This document shows positions 30,187 to 40,452 of a DNA stretch of 64,000 nt, piece by piece. Below the pieces are notes generated by a model that saw only the letters and a list, made by a program, of their open reading frames with translations, was not told the origin of the DNA and ran no database searches. Numbering within the stretch: position 1 is the first letter of the stretch; the number at the start of each line of letters is the position of its first letter. Source of the stretch: an uncultured Methanoregulaceae archaeon (GTDB lineage Archaea > Halobacteriota > Methanomicrobia > Methanomicrobiales > Methanospirillaceae); NCBI GenBank assembly GCA_963841015.1, contig CAWJAX010000005.1, forward strand, positions 480,001 through 544,000, read 5' to 3'. The translations under genes were made by a program, and so were the position numbers.

Positions 30187-32451
30187 TTATTTCCAGGAAA
30201 TATCATCTTTTTTTGGAGTGTTTTTTTCCCGCTTTTTGGATGTCCTGGATGATTCCGGGACATGATCACCGCTTCCCGGTTCGCTATCAACATCCTTTGA
30301 TTCCGAAAGGTTTTTTTTCGATTTTAGATCCGTGTGAATAAGGGCTGAATCCCGTACCTGGGGGGTCGCGGGCTTCTGAACACCTTTTCCCTCAAAAATT
30401 TCATCCTTTGATTTATGCGCAGAATTCTTAATGCTGACCTTTGAATCTTCAGAATCCATTTGCCTGGAATTGACCTCATGGCGCATAATGACGGATAGAT
30501 CGTTATCATCGACAGAAAGTTCCCCATTTGGATCTTCGGGGACAGGTGAATCCTGCGTCACAGGATGCACCTTCTTTTTTTGTATGACAACCGTTCGTTT
30601 CCTGTGCACCTGATGCACGACTACATCAGGATCGGATTTCTCATGCTCTGTATCCAGGGACGTTTTGTCGATTATTACACGTTTTAATCTTTCAATTTCA
30701 GGAGTTGGTTCAGGGTGCGATGACGCGGCCGACCCTGTTTTTGGCGTACGACCAGAGATTGCCATCGTCCGCTGTCGTTGCAGTTCTCTCTCAATTATCT
30801 GCCGCTCCGTCTCTTTGGTCCTCAAACGATCATCGCTTGTACGCGGCAAATGTTTCTCATCAAACCCCCGGGAATCTTTGGAATACGAGGATTTTTTGCC
30901 CTGGGGTATTCCATGAACTGAAGATTCATGGGATGTGGAACGTGGTGCTGGATGCGCGGCTTGATCAGCATGGTCCCTGGCTACAACAACCCGATGCCGC
31001 TGTGCATGCGAACCTGACGCATCCGGGGTGCTCAATTCGCTTGCTGACCTTTGAGGAATTACCTCTTCGATAATCTGAGGTTTTGCGATGTGCCGGGGTG
31101 CGGCTTTTTTTTCAGCAGGGGCTTCCTTTATCCTGTGCGCTGAAAAGGGGAGAAAAAGAGTCTCATCTTTTGCCGTTGCTGATCCTCCTTTGACAGATGA
31201 TCCTGCATTACTGCTGATTCCAGCACCTCCAGATATGCTGATCGTATCAGAACCTGAAAGTTTTTCACCGGCAATACTATCCTGACGATTGGCTTTATAC
31301 TGAATCTGGATTTCCTTGAGTTCGGTGATGCGGGGAATATTTTCAAGCCCGGAGAGCATGATGATAATTGCCACGTTTTTGGTATTCATCACAGGATAAT
31401 CACCGGATCTCGTTTCCAGTCCGGCAATACTTCTGTCGATCCATTTACGCACCGTCATAAACCCTTTCAATGACAGCTCATGGGACGGACCCGCCACAAG
31501 AATCAATGCCTTGTGCGCGCTCGTCATGTCGCAGGGTGTGGAAATCTCGTGGTAGATCGCCTGCTTTGCAAGGTCAACAATTCGCGACGCTTTCTTAATA
31601 TGCTCATCAGCGAAAAAACCCGTCGGACGCCAGCTGGAAAGGAAACTCAATGGATTATGGGGGAGACGTTCAACCGCATACCCTATGGTAATATAACCCA
31701 TCCCTTTCATGGTATTGAGAACTTCGCCTGAGTCCAGTACAACCTCTGCAAAATCAAGCCCGCCATCCGCCTTGAATTCTCCGGCTCTCAGAATGAGGCT
31801 AATCCTCCGGACAATTCCCTCGTTGAGGAGTAAATAAGTAGCAAGTTGTGGAGAAATCTCGGGCTCACCTTTCCTGAACCCGAGTTTTTCAACCAAACCC
31901 TTCTCTTTTTTTGTCAGCGTTGATTTCTGTGCTTTGGTTTTTTTATACCATGTTTCGTTATCAAAAAGAATGATACCGTCAAGGAGGGATGTCAGCATGT
32001 CGAGATCATCTGCTGCTTTTGCCGACCGGCGCTCTCCTTCAGCAAGACAGGGAAGTGTTACAAGACCAAAGATCGGTTCAGTAATCGAGGAACGAAGTGC
32101 AGCGATGATGTGCGGTGCAACATCCACCATGCTGCCACCAAGCCCGCAACACATAAAGATTGCATCAGTCTCCCCAATCTCGATGTTCTGGATGCGGGCA
32201 ATGATTTCCCCGATATCAATTGTTGCTGTATGAGTATCTCCAGTCTCTTCAGTATGAATGTCCAGGTCGATTGGGGGAAAAAATAGTTTTGCACTATCAG
32301 GCAGACCCCCCAAATGAGCTAATGTTTCTGCATTTACATCAATGGCAAGTGCCTGGACGCAGACAACTTTGCTGCTCCGTCGATCTGTTGTATAAAGACT
32401 GTTAACAATTCTGCAGCCTGCGCCGCCCAATCCAATAGCAAGTATACGCAT
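30187..32451 (-). CDS. Tubulin/FtsZ-family (CetZ-like) protein with long low-complexity C-terminal tail
   Basis: MRILAIGLGGAGCRIV, ILFDNETW, VLDSGEVLNTM, ALILVAGP, SGDYP. Confidence 0.82.
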   Translation of the reverse strand: MRILAIGLGGAGCRIVNSLYTTDRRSSKVVCVQALAIDVNAETLAHLGGLPDSAKLFFPPIDLDIHTEETGDTHTATIDIGEIIARIQNIEIGETDAIFMCCGLGGSMVDVAPHIIAALRSSITEPIFGLVTLPCLAEGERRSAKAADDLDMLTSLLDGIILFDNETWYKKTKAQKSTLTKKEKGLVEKLGFRKGEPEISPQLATYLLLNEGIVRRISLILRAGEFKADGGLDFAEVVLDSGEVLNTMKGMGYITIGYAVERLPHNPLSFLSSWRPTGFFADEHIKKASRIVDLAKQAIYHEISTPCDMTSAHKALILVAGPSHELSLKGFMTVRKWIDRSIAGLETRSGDYPVMNTKNVAIIIMLSGLENIPRITELKEIQIQYKANRQDSIAGEKLSGSDTISISGGAGISSNAGSSVKGGSATAKDETLFLPFSAHRIKEAPAEKKAAPRHIAKPQIIEEVIPQRSASELSTPDASGSHAQRHRVVVARDHADQAAHPAPRSTSHESSVHGIPQGKKSSYSKDSRGFDEKHLPRTSDDRLRTKETERQIIERELQRQRTMAISGRTPKTGSAASSHPEPTPEIERLKRVIIDKTSLDTEHEKSDPDVVVHQVHRKRTVVIQKKKVHPVTQDSPVPEDPNGELSVDDNDLSVIMRHEVNSRQMDSEDSKVSIKNSAHKSKDEIFEGKGVQKPATPQVRDSALIHTDLKSKKNLSESKDVDSEPGSGDHVPESSRTSKKREKNTPKKDDISWK

Positions 32452-32593
32452 GAACAAATCCCGATTAAAACCCTATAGGGCATCCTGTAGCTTATTGTAC
32501 TATTATTTGCTGGAAGTTCAATATCTTATAGTATACTGCTTTGCAGGCGATTTATTGCAGATTTTATTTTTAAAAAACCGAATTAAAAAAAAT

Positions 32594-32802
32594 TGCTCTG
32601 GAGAAATGCTCAATTACAAGCTAAACGCTCAAGGGGGTTTCACCCCCGCCGCTGTGGCTCCCCCGATGCGATAATTCCCGCAACGGTGCTACGTCATCAT
32701 CGCTCAGCGCAGGGGCAGCATGGGGGGACAGGCACTGTCCCCTCCTTCCTTCGTACCAGCATCTTGAATTTCATATCAATGGAAAAGGAATTCTCCAGAG
32801 CC
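32594..32802 (-). mobile_element. MITE-like element copy 2
   Basis: TGCTCTGGAGAA...TTCTCCAGAGCC flanked by an exact 8-bp duplication AAAAAAAT. Confidence 0.82.
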
Positions 32803-33025
32803 AAAAAAATAGTAAAAATCAATTTATCTCCCCCAAGGATCTCAATCGATGGGAATCATTCAAGGGGTAGTGTATGAACGAATTTATTCAATAACCCAAA
32901 ACAGGGGAAAACATCAGAAGGACGACTAAAATGTGTATATCTGGGTGCGTTCACCTCCGCTCCACGATCCTTGGGAAGATTGCAAAAGAAAAAAACGATA
33001 AAATGGGCATATTTTGAGCGGATAG

Positions 33026-33064
33026 CGCAAAATGATCAACGCAAAATGATAATTTATTTAAATG
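33026..33064 (+). promoter_or_regulatory. mer promoter: tandem CGCAAAATGAT repeats followed by TATA-like TTTATTTAAA
   Basis: Repeats at 33026-33036 and 33040-33050; GAGGTGA SD downstream. Confidence 0.5.
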
Positions 33065-33099
33065 CGTGGACAGTAAATACTCCATGAGGTGAATAACCC

Positions 33100-34087
33100 T
33101 TGACATATGGAATTGAATTTGTACCAGGAAATGTCAATGTAAAGCAAGTTGTCAACTTCTGTAAACTTGCAGAGTCAAAAGACATAGATTTCGCATGGAT
33201 CACTAACCACTACAACAACCGCCACTGCTACCCCACCCTCGCCGCGATCGCTCAGGCGACTACATCGTTGAAGATGGGCCCGGGTATCATGAACGCGTTT
33301 ACCGACACCCCCGCCGCAATGGCGTCATTCGCATGCACACTCAACGAGATTTCCGATGGACGTGCTGTCCTCGGTATCGGGCCAGGCGACCTTTCAACCC
33401 TCCCGAAGCTTGCAATCAACGCTGAAAAGCCGGTCGGACGCCTCGAGGAAGCTGTAGTCCAGATTCGCAAGCTCTGTGCCGGTGAAGAAGTCAAGAAATC
33501 AGGAATGACATTCTTTGACTACGATGGCGCAAAGCTCACGGGGGTCACTCTCCCGGGCAAAAAGGGCATCCCGATCTACATCGGTGCACAGGGACCTAAA
33601 GGTACTGGACCTCGCCGGAAGGATCGGCGACGGTGCGTTGATCAACGCATCCAACCCTAAGGACTTCAAGATTGCAATCCCGATTATCCAGGCCGCCTGC
33701 GACAAAGTCGGCAAGAAGGGCTTTGATATCGGTGCATACACGGCGATGTCCATTGATCGGAGTGAAAAGAAGGCACGCAATTCAGCAAAAATTGTCGCTG
33801 CATTCATCGCTGCAGGTTCCCCACCGGACCTCCTTACCCGCCACGGTCTTGACCTCAACAATGTTGCAAAGATTAAGGCAGCACTGGGGAAGTTTGACTT
33901 TAAGACGGTTGGAGAACTTGTCGGAGACAAGGAGATTGACGCATTCACCATTGCAGGAACTCCTGAGATGGTCAAGCAGAAATGTGAAGACCTCACCAAA
34001 GCCGGTGTCACCCAGATTATCTTCGGCTCACCGCTCGGTCCAGATATGACCACCTCTATCCGCCTGCTCGGCAAGTACGTCGTATAA
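33100..34087 (+). CDS. mer: F420-dependent methylene-H4MPT reductase (apparent +1 frameshift near 33598)
   Basis: YGIEFVP, WITNHYNNR, GRAVLGIGPGD, IYIGAQGPK continuing in another frame as VLDLAGRIGDGALINASNP...GSPLGPD. Confidence 0.92.
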
Positions 34088-34184
34088 GTGCGGAACGACC
34101 TTCCTGCCTGAATACAGCCGAAAAGTGGCAAGGCAGAAATGCCTTGGCAGATAGACTAATCTCTTTTTTTTTTAATAATACACG

Positions 34185-34557
34185 GTGGACTGTGTGTTTT
34201 TGCGCCCGACCAGAGAACCCATCCAGGTGTTATGTATACATTTTTGGTGCCATTTGGGAAATAGATGTCAAGTCTAAGCGGCGGGCTTCGCCCGCCTTTC
34301 CAGCAGCCAGGTTTACCTGCGGAACTTGGTTATCAAGCCTTGGACCGTTTCTCTGAGCCCGCTGGAGGGATTGTAGAGGGAGAATTTATCCCCCCTTTTT
34401 GCTCACCACCCCCCGAAAGGGAGCGAGGCAGGATAGCCTCCCTGAAGGGAGGACGGGCTCCAGACCGGGACCATGAACATCGCCCTGTGATACACTTGTA
34501 GCGAAGCGTCACTCCCTTCATTTTTGCGATTTTTCGCAGTGGACTGTGTGTGTTTTT
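34185..34557. repeat. Structured intergenic element bounded by direct repeats GTGGACTGTGTG(TG)TTTTT
   Basis: Repeats at 34185-34201 and 34539-34557; multiple GC-rich hairpins inside. Confidence 0.6.
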
Positions 34558-34633
34558 AAAAAATTTCCTTTTCAGGTCAGTTACTGTGCAAACGACTATC
34601 TGATCTTACCGGAAATAGTTTTGTGGAACAGGC

Positions 34634-35563
34634 ATGTTTTCGGTCCGGGAAGTGGTCACCAGCAGAGGCACGCTACAGTATCGCGAAGAACATCTCACGG
34701 GCATCCGGTGCAGGATCAGTCCTGACCGGTTAAAAAGGCAGATCGATCGGACTGCATACATTCCTTCAAATGCTGAGGGTTGCCCGTTCTGCCGCGATGC
34801 TGTTTTTTCTGTTACACCCACATTTCCCGATGGCAGACGGATCATCCGAGGGGAGAGTGTTACCTTCCCGAACCTGTTTCCCTTCGGGGAAGGGCACGTA
34901 GTCACCGTAATCACCCGTGAGCACTCGGTCACTGCGTTCAGCAGGCAACAGATAACAGATGCACTCCTCGCGCAAACCGAAGCCCTCCGGCAGGCCGATG
35001 GCTATGCCAGCATCAACTGGAACTTCCTTCCATCGGCAGGTGCAAGTCTTGTCCACCCTCATATGCAGGGTTTGTCAGATTCATGCCCATCCCGTATTGT
35101 CGACTCTTATATTACCGCAAGCGAACAGTTCCGCAGGATACAGGGCAGGAACTACTGGGATGTAGTAAGGGAGGAGGAAAAATCCTCAGATCGATACCTG
35201 TTCGGTGATGAAATACTCTGGTCAGCCCATGCGGTGCCGGTTGGTGAGCGTGAAGTGAGAGGTATACTGCCAATCTCCACACTTGAAGAAATGGAAAACT
35301 ACGTGGATCTCGTGGCGCAGGGCATACTTGAGATCATCTCATTATACCGGCAACTGGGAACCCATGCGTTCAATATGTCCATTTTTTTTGATAAGAATGG
35401 CAACGATCACGGATTACGGGCGTTTTGCTCTATGATCTCACGAATCAACCCCAACCCTTCATCCACAAGCGATTCTGCATTCATGGAGCGGCTCCACCTC
35501 GAACCGGTAATAATGACGCTTCCAGAAGACCTGGGAAAATTTTACAAAAAAGAGAAAAAGTAA
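34634..35563 (+). CDS. Galactose-1-phosphate uridylyltransferase-like (HIT superfamily) protein
   Basis: CPFC, FPNLFPF, AGASLVHPHMQ. Confidence 0.82.
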   Translation: MFSVREVVTSRGTLQYREEHLTGIRCRISPDRLKRQIDRTAYIPSNAEGCPFCRDAVFSVTPTFPDGRRIIRGESVTFPNLFPFGEGHVVTVITREHSVTAFSRQQITDALLAQTEALRQADGYASINWNFLPSAGASLVHPHMQGLSDSCPSRIVDSYITASEQFRRIQGRNYWDVVREEEKSSDRYLFGDEILWSAHAVPVGEREVRGILPISTLEEMENYVDLVAQGILEIISLYRQLGTHAFNMSIFFDKNGNDHGLRAFCSMISRINPNPSSTSDSAFMERLHLEPVIMTLPEDLGKFYKKEKK

Positions 35564-35567
35564 AAAT

Positions 35568-36407
35568 TTACTCGAATTTTGCTACGAGTTTGTTCTTGGA
35601 AACGAGCACGCCGTCTTTCTTGTGGGGCTTTCTGAGAACGGAGTCGTTTGCCTTTTCTATTTCGCGGGCTTCATCACAGAGAATTGCTGCAACTTTCAGC
35701 ATTTCGTGAGCGCTTGCAACGATCGGGATATATTTCTCCCATTCCTTGGTCATGAAGCAGCCCTTGACATTCTGTCCTGCAACAGCCATTGCGATCTCGT
35801 GGGCTGCGCGTGCCTTCGCCAGTGCATAGTTGTTGGTGAACTCACCCTCAACAGCCTTGTCAGTGGTCATGACGATCTTCGGGAGGACAAGTTCTGCGCC
35901 CTTCTTTCCTGCCTTCACCTGGTCGATGACCAAGTCAACAGCGAGCTGGAGTTTGCGGAATGCACCGGTAATTGCCAGAACTTTGACAAGGTTGCCGTTG
36001 AAGTCGGCCATCTCTACGGGGTCAAGGAACTCGCGGCGTGCACCGATCATGGAGTCTGCCTTCATGATGATGTAGCCGAAATTGCTGGCCTTGACTCCTT
36101 CCCATTCCTTCTTCGTGGTCACATCATCGGTTATGATGATGACCGGGATTCCTGCCTTGGCGAGTTCTTCACGGGCACCGGTGGGTCCCGGGAGAACACC
36201 ATTCGGGGAAACCACAATGCAGAAATCTGGTTTCCATGCCTTCATGTTCGTTACGACACGGTCAATGTCTTCCGGCTGGAGTTTCGTCCCGCTGGTCGCC
36301 ATGAATGTCTGCATGTCTTCACGGTCTGCCCTCTCATCGAGAAGCAGCTCAGCCATTACACCACTTGCAATATTGCCGAGTTTGGCAACTCCTACTTTAA
36401 CAACCAT
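35568..36407 (-). CDS. mtd: F420-dependent methylene-H4MPT dehydrogenase
   Basis: [42 protein letters not shown]. Confidence 0.96.
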   Translation of the reverse strand: MVVKVGVAKLGNIASGVMAELLLDERADREDMQTFMATSGTKLQPEDIDRVVTNMKAWKPDFCIVVSPNGVLPGPTGAREELAKAGIPVIIITDDVTTKKEWEGVKASNFGYIIMKADSMIGARREFLDPVEMADFNGNLVKVLAITGAFRKLQLAVDLVIDQVKAGKKGAELVLPKIVMTTDKAVEGEFTNNYALAKARAAHEIAMAVAGQNVKGCFMTKEWEKYIPIVASAHEMLKVAAILCDEAREIEKANDSVLRKPHKKDGVLVSKNKLVAKFE

Positions 36408-36611
36408 CTATATCACCTAATTTTTTTTTATAACACGTTATTATGACCCGGTATTCATATAAACATTTTGAAATGTCCTCTCTCGCCGAAAAATTGTGAA
36501 AAACCAAGGGTATTGTTGAATGATGATGTTTTAATGAGGGCACTTCAAGAGTAAATTGTATTTGGGCATAGTTAACGAAAAGTGTTTAAGTTTGTATAAA
36601 GTATTAATAGT

Positions 36612-37016
36612 ATGAAAGATGGTCTGCTCACTGAACGCCAGATGGAGGTTCTCAGGTACCGTAAACAAGGGCTGACCCAGCAGCAGATTGCTGATATTAT
36701 CTCTACTTCAAAAGCAAATGTCTGCACGATTGAAAAGAGTGCTATGGAGAATATCAGAAGGGCAAAAGAAACACTTGAATTTCTATATACACTGGATGCA
36801 ACACATCTGTGCACTATCCCTTCAGGGACGGATCTCTTTGATGTTCCCTCCATTATCTTTGGTGAAGCAGAAAAAATTAACATAAAAGTGATGTATGATA
36901 CAATTTCCCTCATAAACCGGCTGAGAGAAACCCGTCCCCAGTGTTGTAAAGCCCGTTGTTTATGTGAAGATATTATTGTGTATGTCACTGATCTCGGTGA
37001 ATTGTATTTTGGATGA
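36612..37016 (+). CDS. tfx: Tfx family DNA-binding protein
   Basis: LTERQMEVL...GLTQQQIA...TSKANVCTIEKSAMENIRRAKETL. Confidence 0.85.
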   Translation: MKDGLLTERQMEVLRYRKQGLTQQQIADIISTSKANVCTIEKSAMENIRRAKETLEFLYTLDATHLCTIPSGTDLFDVPSIIFGEAEKINIKVMYDTISLINRLRETRPQCCKARCLCEDIIVYVTDLGELYFG

Positions 37017-37206
37017 AACCGAAATGAAAATCAAAGGATAATAATAAAAAAGCATATTTTTCCTGGAGAATCCGTAGCACGTTGTATCCGGCCATGGGCA
37101 TATGTTTATATTCTTTTTTATGCAATGATTAAGGAAGCCGATATGAGGTTATCCTCTGATGTATCCATGTGCTGATTCGATGAAAAGCACATTTTTGATA
37201 TTATCA

Positions 37207-37684
37207 TACGGCGGGACCAGACTTCCGGACACAGGAAAGTCGGTTGTGCCGTGGGTATTCCTCGATTGGTGAACTCCGCACCATAGCGGAGGAAACCCGA
37301 GAAGGAGTTGTGACTCGTCACAACAGGCTGACTAAGTGGGATCTGACCAGCACGCATGGGTCGACGTTTGAACAAACGAGCCCGTTCCACCTGCTCTCTC
37401 ATTGAGCAGATGGATGCGTTATTGTCAGGATCTTCTTTCGCGAGACAGGAAAGCTGGTGTATCAGCTCGTGGATGAGAAAAATATCATCCCAATGTCCGT
37501 AGGCCACATGAAAAAACCGGACGTTCATTAATACCCGAAAAATCCCGCAAATGCGGGTTAGCGTATTACCTGAGTTGTCCGGATTTCTCAACTGGCTTCG
37601 CGTGTTGGCATCTAAACCAGACAACGTTATCACACGGTCTCGGATTAATCAAAAATTCGTGTCGCAAAGGGAATAACCTACACG
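37207..37684 (+). ncRNA. Candidate large structured RNA / 5' leader of the ribosomal protein superoperon
   Basis: No + strand ORF of 60 aa or more; more than 10 consecutive helices including a nested multi-way junction; TATA-like TTTATA near 37106. Confidence 0.55.
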
Positions 37685-37706
37685 CAGAAAAAGGATTGAT
37701 TAACAT

Positions 37707-38720
37707 ATGCCAAAAATAAACAGACCACGCCGTGGTTCTCTTGCATTCAGCCCAAGAAAGCGTGCAAAGAGCCCGATCCCGAAATACCAATCGTGGCCTC
37801 TCTATGACGGGGCACCGGTACTGCAGGGGTTTGCCGGTTATAAAGTAGGTATGACACACGTTATCATGGTAGATGATCACAAGAACAGTCCTACAGAGGG
37901 GAAGGAAATTATGGTGCCGGTCACCGTTATTGAAATTCCCTCTATGAAGGTCGCTGCGATTCGTGCCTACTCTGAAGATACCTATGGCAAACATGCGCTG
38001 ACAGAAATCTGGGCAGACCAGCTCGATACTGTGCTTGGTCGCCGTATCACCCTGCCGAAGGACTATGACAAAAAGGCTGCTGAGAAGAAATTTTCGGATG
38101 CAGTTGAAGCTGGTACGGTTGCTGAGATCTATGCAGTCTCCTACACACAACCGGCAATTTTATCAGGTGTCCCCAAGAAAGTCCCCGATCTTATGGAGAT
38201 TAAGGTGGGAGGCGGAGACATCAAAAAGCAGTGGGAGTTTGCCCAGGGTATTTTGGGAAAAGAGGTTTTTCTGAACAATGTCCTCCAGTCCGGTGCATAC
38301 GCCGATATTACTGCGATCACCACCGGAAAAGGTACGAATGGTGCAGTAAAACGGTGGGGTATAGCGCTGCGCAAGCGTAAACACTCCGTCGGCGGAAAGG
38401 AGCGCCACCTGGGGACACTCGGACCCTGGAATCCCCATCATGTAAGATGGCAGGTACCCCAGATGGGCCAGCTGGGATTCCAGCAGCGGACAGAGTTTAA
38501 CAAACGTATTTTAAGGATAAGTGAAGACGCGAGCGAGATCACCCCAGCCGGGGGGTTCCTGCACTATGGTGTACTCAGGAGCCCGTATGTCCTGGTCAAG
38601 GGATCCATTCCTGGCCCGGTCAAGCGGCTTATACGTATCCGTCCGGCGATGCGCCTTGGTGAACATGTAGTCAGGATGCCGACAATCCAGTTTGTGAGCG
38701 TCCAGAGCAAACAGGGATGA
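37707..38720 (+). CDS. rpl3: 50S ribosomal protein L3
   Basis: [31 protein letters not shown]. Confidence 0.97.
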   Translation: MPKINRPRRGSLAFSPRKRAKSPIPKYQSWPLYDGAPVLQGFAGYKVGMTHVIMVDDHKNSPTEGKEIMVPVTVIEIPSMKVAAIRAYSEDTYGKHALTEIWADQLDTVLGRRITLPKDYDKKAAEKKFSDAVEAGTVAEIYAVSYTQPAILSGVPKKVPDLMEIKVGGGDIKKQWEFAQGILGKEVFLNNVLQSGAYADITAITTGKGTNGAVKRWGIALRKRKHSVGGKERHLGTLGPWNPHHVRWQVPQMGQLGFQQRTEFNKRILRISEDASEITPAGGFLHYGVLRSPYVLVKGSIPGPVKRLIRIRPAMRLGEHVVRMPTIQFVSVQSKQG

Positions 38721-38726
38721 TCAGAG

Positions 38727-39473
38727 ATGAAAGCACAGGTTAAATCACTTGATGGCGGAATCGCGAAAGATATTGAACTTCCGGAACTCTTTTCCGAGGA
38801 GTACCGCCCCGATCTGATCAAAAAGGCAGTCATGGCCCTTCAGAGCACCCGGCGACAACCCCATGGGACGAATCCGTATGCCGGAATATGTTCTTCAGCA
38901 GTCGGCTGGGGAAGTGGCCGCGGGTCATCGCATGTACCCCGTATCAAGAACGGTTCACGCGCTGCAAAAGTTCCGCAGGCAAAAGGAGGCCGTGAAGCAC
39001 ATCCTCCGAAGGTTGCCAAAATCCTGATCAAAGAGATCAACCAGAAGGAAAAACAAAAGGCATTCCGTTCAGCGGTAGCTGCTAGTATATCTGCGGACCT
39101 CATCCGCGGTCGCGGTCACCGGTTCGAGGGGGCTGTTCCCGTTATCCTTGAGGATAAGTTTGAGTCACTCGACCGTACGCAGGATGTCATATCAGCGCTT
39201 ACTACTGCAGGTGTCTATCATGATATCGAACGGGCAAAGGAGAGCAAGAAAGTCCGTGCAGGAAGAGGCAAAATGCGCGGTCGCAGGTTCAAACAGAGAA
39301 AAAGCCTGCTCATTGTCACCGCAGGAAAACCACTACGGGCAGCACGTAACCTTTCCGGTGTCGATGTTGTAACCGTAGACCAGCTGAATGTCGAGCACCT
39401 TGCACCGGGTATGCTGGCTGGACGTCTCACGGTCTGGACTGAGAGCGCCCTTGTGCGCCTGGAGGGGAGATAA
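38727..39473 (+). CDS. rpl4: 50S ribosomal protein L4
   Basis: RPDLIKKAV, WGSGRG, AGRGKMRGRR, LAPG. Confidence 0.97.
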   Translation: MKAQVKSLDGGIAKDIELPELFSEEYRPDLIKKAVMALQSTRRQPHGTNPYAGICSSAVGWGSGRGSSHVPRIKNGSRAAKVPQAKGGREAHPPKVAKILIKEINQKEKQKAFRSAVAASISADLIRGRGHRFEGAVPVILEDKFESLDRTQDVISALTTAGVYHDIERAKESKKVRAGRGKMRGRRFKQRKSLLIVTAGKPLRAARNLSGVDVVTVDQLNVEHLAPGMLAGRLTVWTESALVRLEGR

Positions 39474-39722
39474 ATGGTTCTGAAATACCCGTTTGTAACA
39501 GAAAAAGCAATGGTCCTTTTAGAGAACCAGGCAAAACTCCAGTTCCTCGTCAGCCGTGAAGCCTCCAAAAGCCAAATCAAACGTGAAATCGAAAAAGCGT
39601 TTGGACAGAACGTCAAAAACGTTCGCACGCTCATGACCATGCACGGTCAGAAGAAGGCAATTGTGAGTTTTGAGAACGAAAAGGCCGCCGAGGAAATTCT
39701 CAGCCGGCTTGGTATTATGTAG
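39474..39722 (+). CDS. rpl23: 50S ribosomal protein L23
   Basis: PFVTEKAM, KKAIV. Confidence 0.96.
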   Translation: MVLKYPFVTEKAMVLLENQAKLQFLVSREASKSQIKREIEKAFGQNVKNVRTLMTMHGQKKAIVSFENEKAAEEILSRLGIM

Positions 39723-39730
39723 GTGGGAAC

Positions 39731-40447
39731 ATGGGACATCGTATTACAACACAAAGCCGGGGCAAGGGAGGCCCGACCTATCGAGCACCATCCCACCGGT
39801 ACAAGGCCGAACTGAAGCACATCGGTGATGATACACAAAAAATCACGGGAAGTGTCATTGATATTGAACATGATCCGGCACGCAATGCACCGATAGCACT
39901 CGTGAAACTCGAAGATGGGGCCAAAGTCTATATGCTGGTCACCGAAGGTCTCGGTATTGGTGAAATAATTACCTGGGGATCCAATGTTGAGGTAAAGAAC
40001 GGCAACACGCTCACCCTCCAGCATATTCCCACCGGTACATATATTTGCAATATCGAATCACGGCCGAATGATGGCGGCAAATTTGTCCGTGCATCTGGCG
40101 TCCAGGCGGTCGTCATTGATAAGATTGAGGATCGTGTCGGTATCAGAATGCCCAGCGGAAAGACCAAATGGTTCAACCACCGTTGCCGCGCAACTATAGG
40201 AATTGTGGCCGGCGGCGGTCGTGTCGACAAGCCGTTTGTGAAAGCAGGCAACAAGTACCACAAGATGCAGAACACAGCGTCAAACTGGCCACGAGTCCGT
40301 GGTGTTGCAATGAACGTCATCGACCACCCGTTTGGTGGCGGCGGTCACCAGCACACCGGTCGTCCGAAGACGATTGCACGAGGGACCTCTCCGGGCAGGA
40401 CGGTCGGACATGTGGCTGCACGCAGGACAGGTAAGAGCAGGAAGTGA
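39731..40447 (+). CDS. rpl2: 50S ribosomal protein L2
   Basis: HDPAR, WPRVRGVAMNVIDHPFGGG. Confidence 0.97.
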   Translation: MGHRITTQSRGKGGPTYRAPSHRYKAELKHIGDDTQKITGSVIDIEHDPARNAPIALVKLEDGAKVYMLVTEGLGIGEIITWGSNVEVKNGNTLTLQHIPTGTYICNIESRPNDGGKFVRASGVQAVVIDKIEDRVGIRMPSGKTKWFNHRCRATIGIVAGGGRVDKPFVKAGNKYHKMQNTASNWPRVRGVAMNVIDHPFGGGGHQHTGRPKTIARGTSPGRTVGHVAARRTGKSRK

Positions 40448-40452
40448 ACGGA

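Noticed and set aside
34185-34557. CRISPR mini-array or group II intron remnant
   Set aside because: Only two short repeats ~350 bp apart, no cas genes, and no domain V GAGCCG...GTACGGTTC motif
35622-36446. 274-aa antisense ORF opposite mtd, and similar ones opposite mtrA, mtrC and ribosomal genes
   Set aside because: Shadow ORFs caused by codon bias of highly expressed genes; no recognisable motifs
37207-37684. RNase P RNA, because of a CAGGAAAGTC resemblance
   Set aside because: The complementary 3' P4 strand (ACAGAA...GCTTA) and a terminal P1 helix were not found
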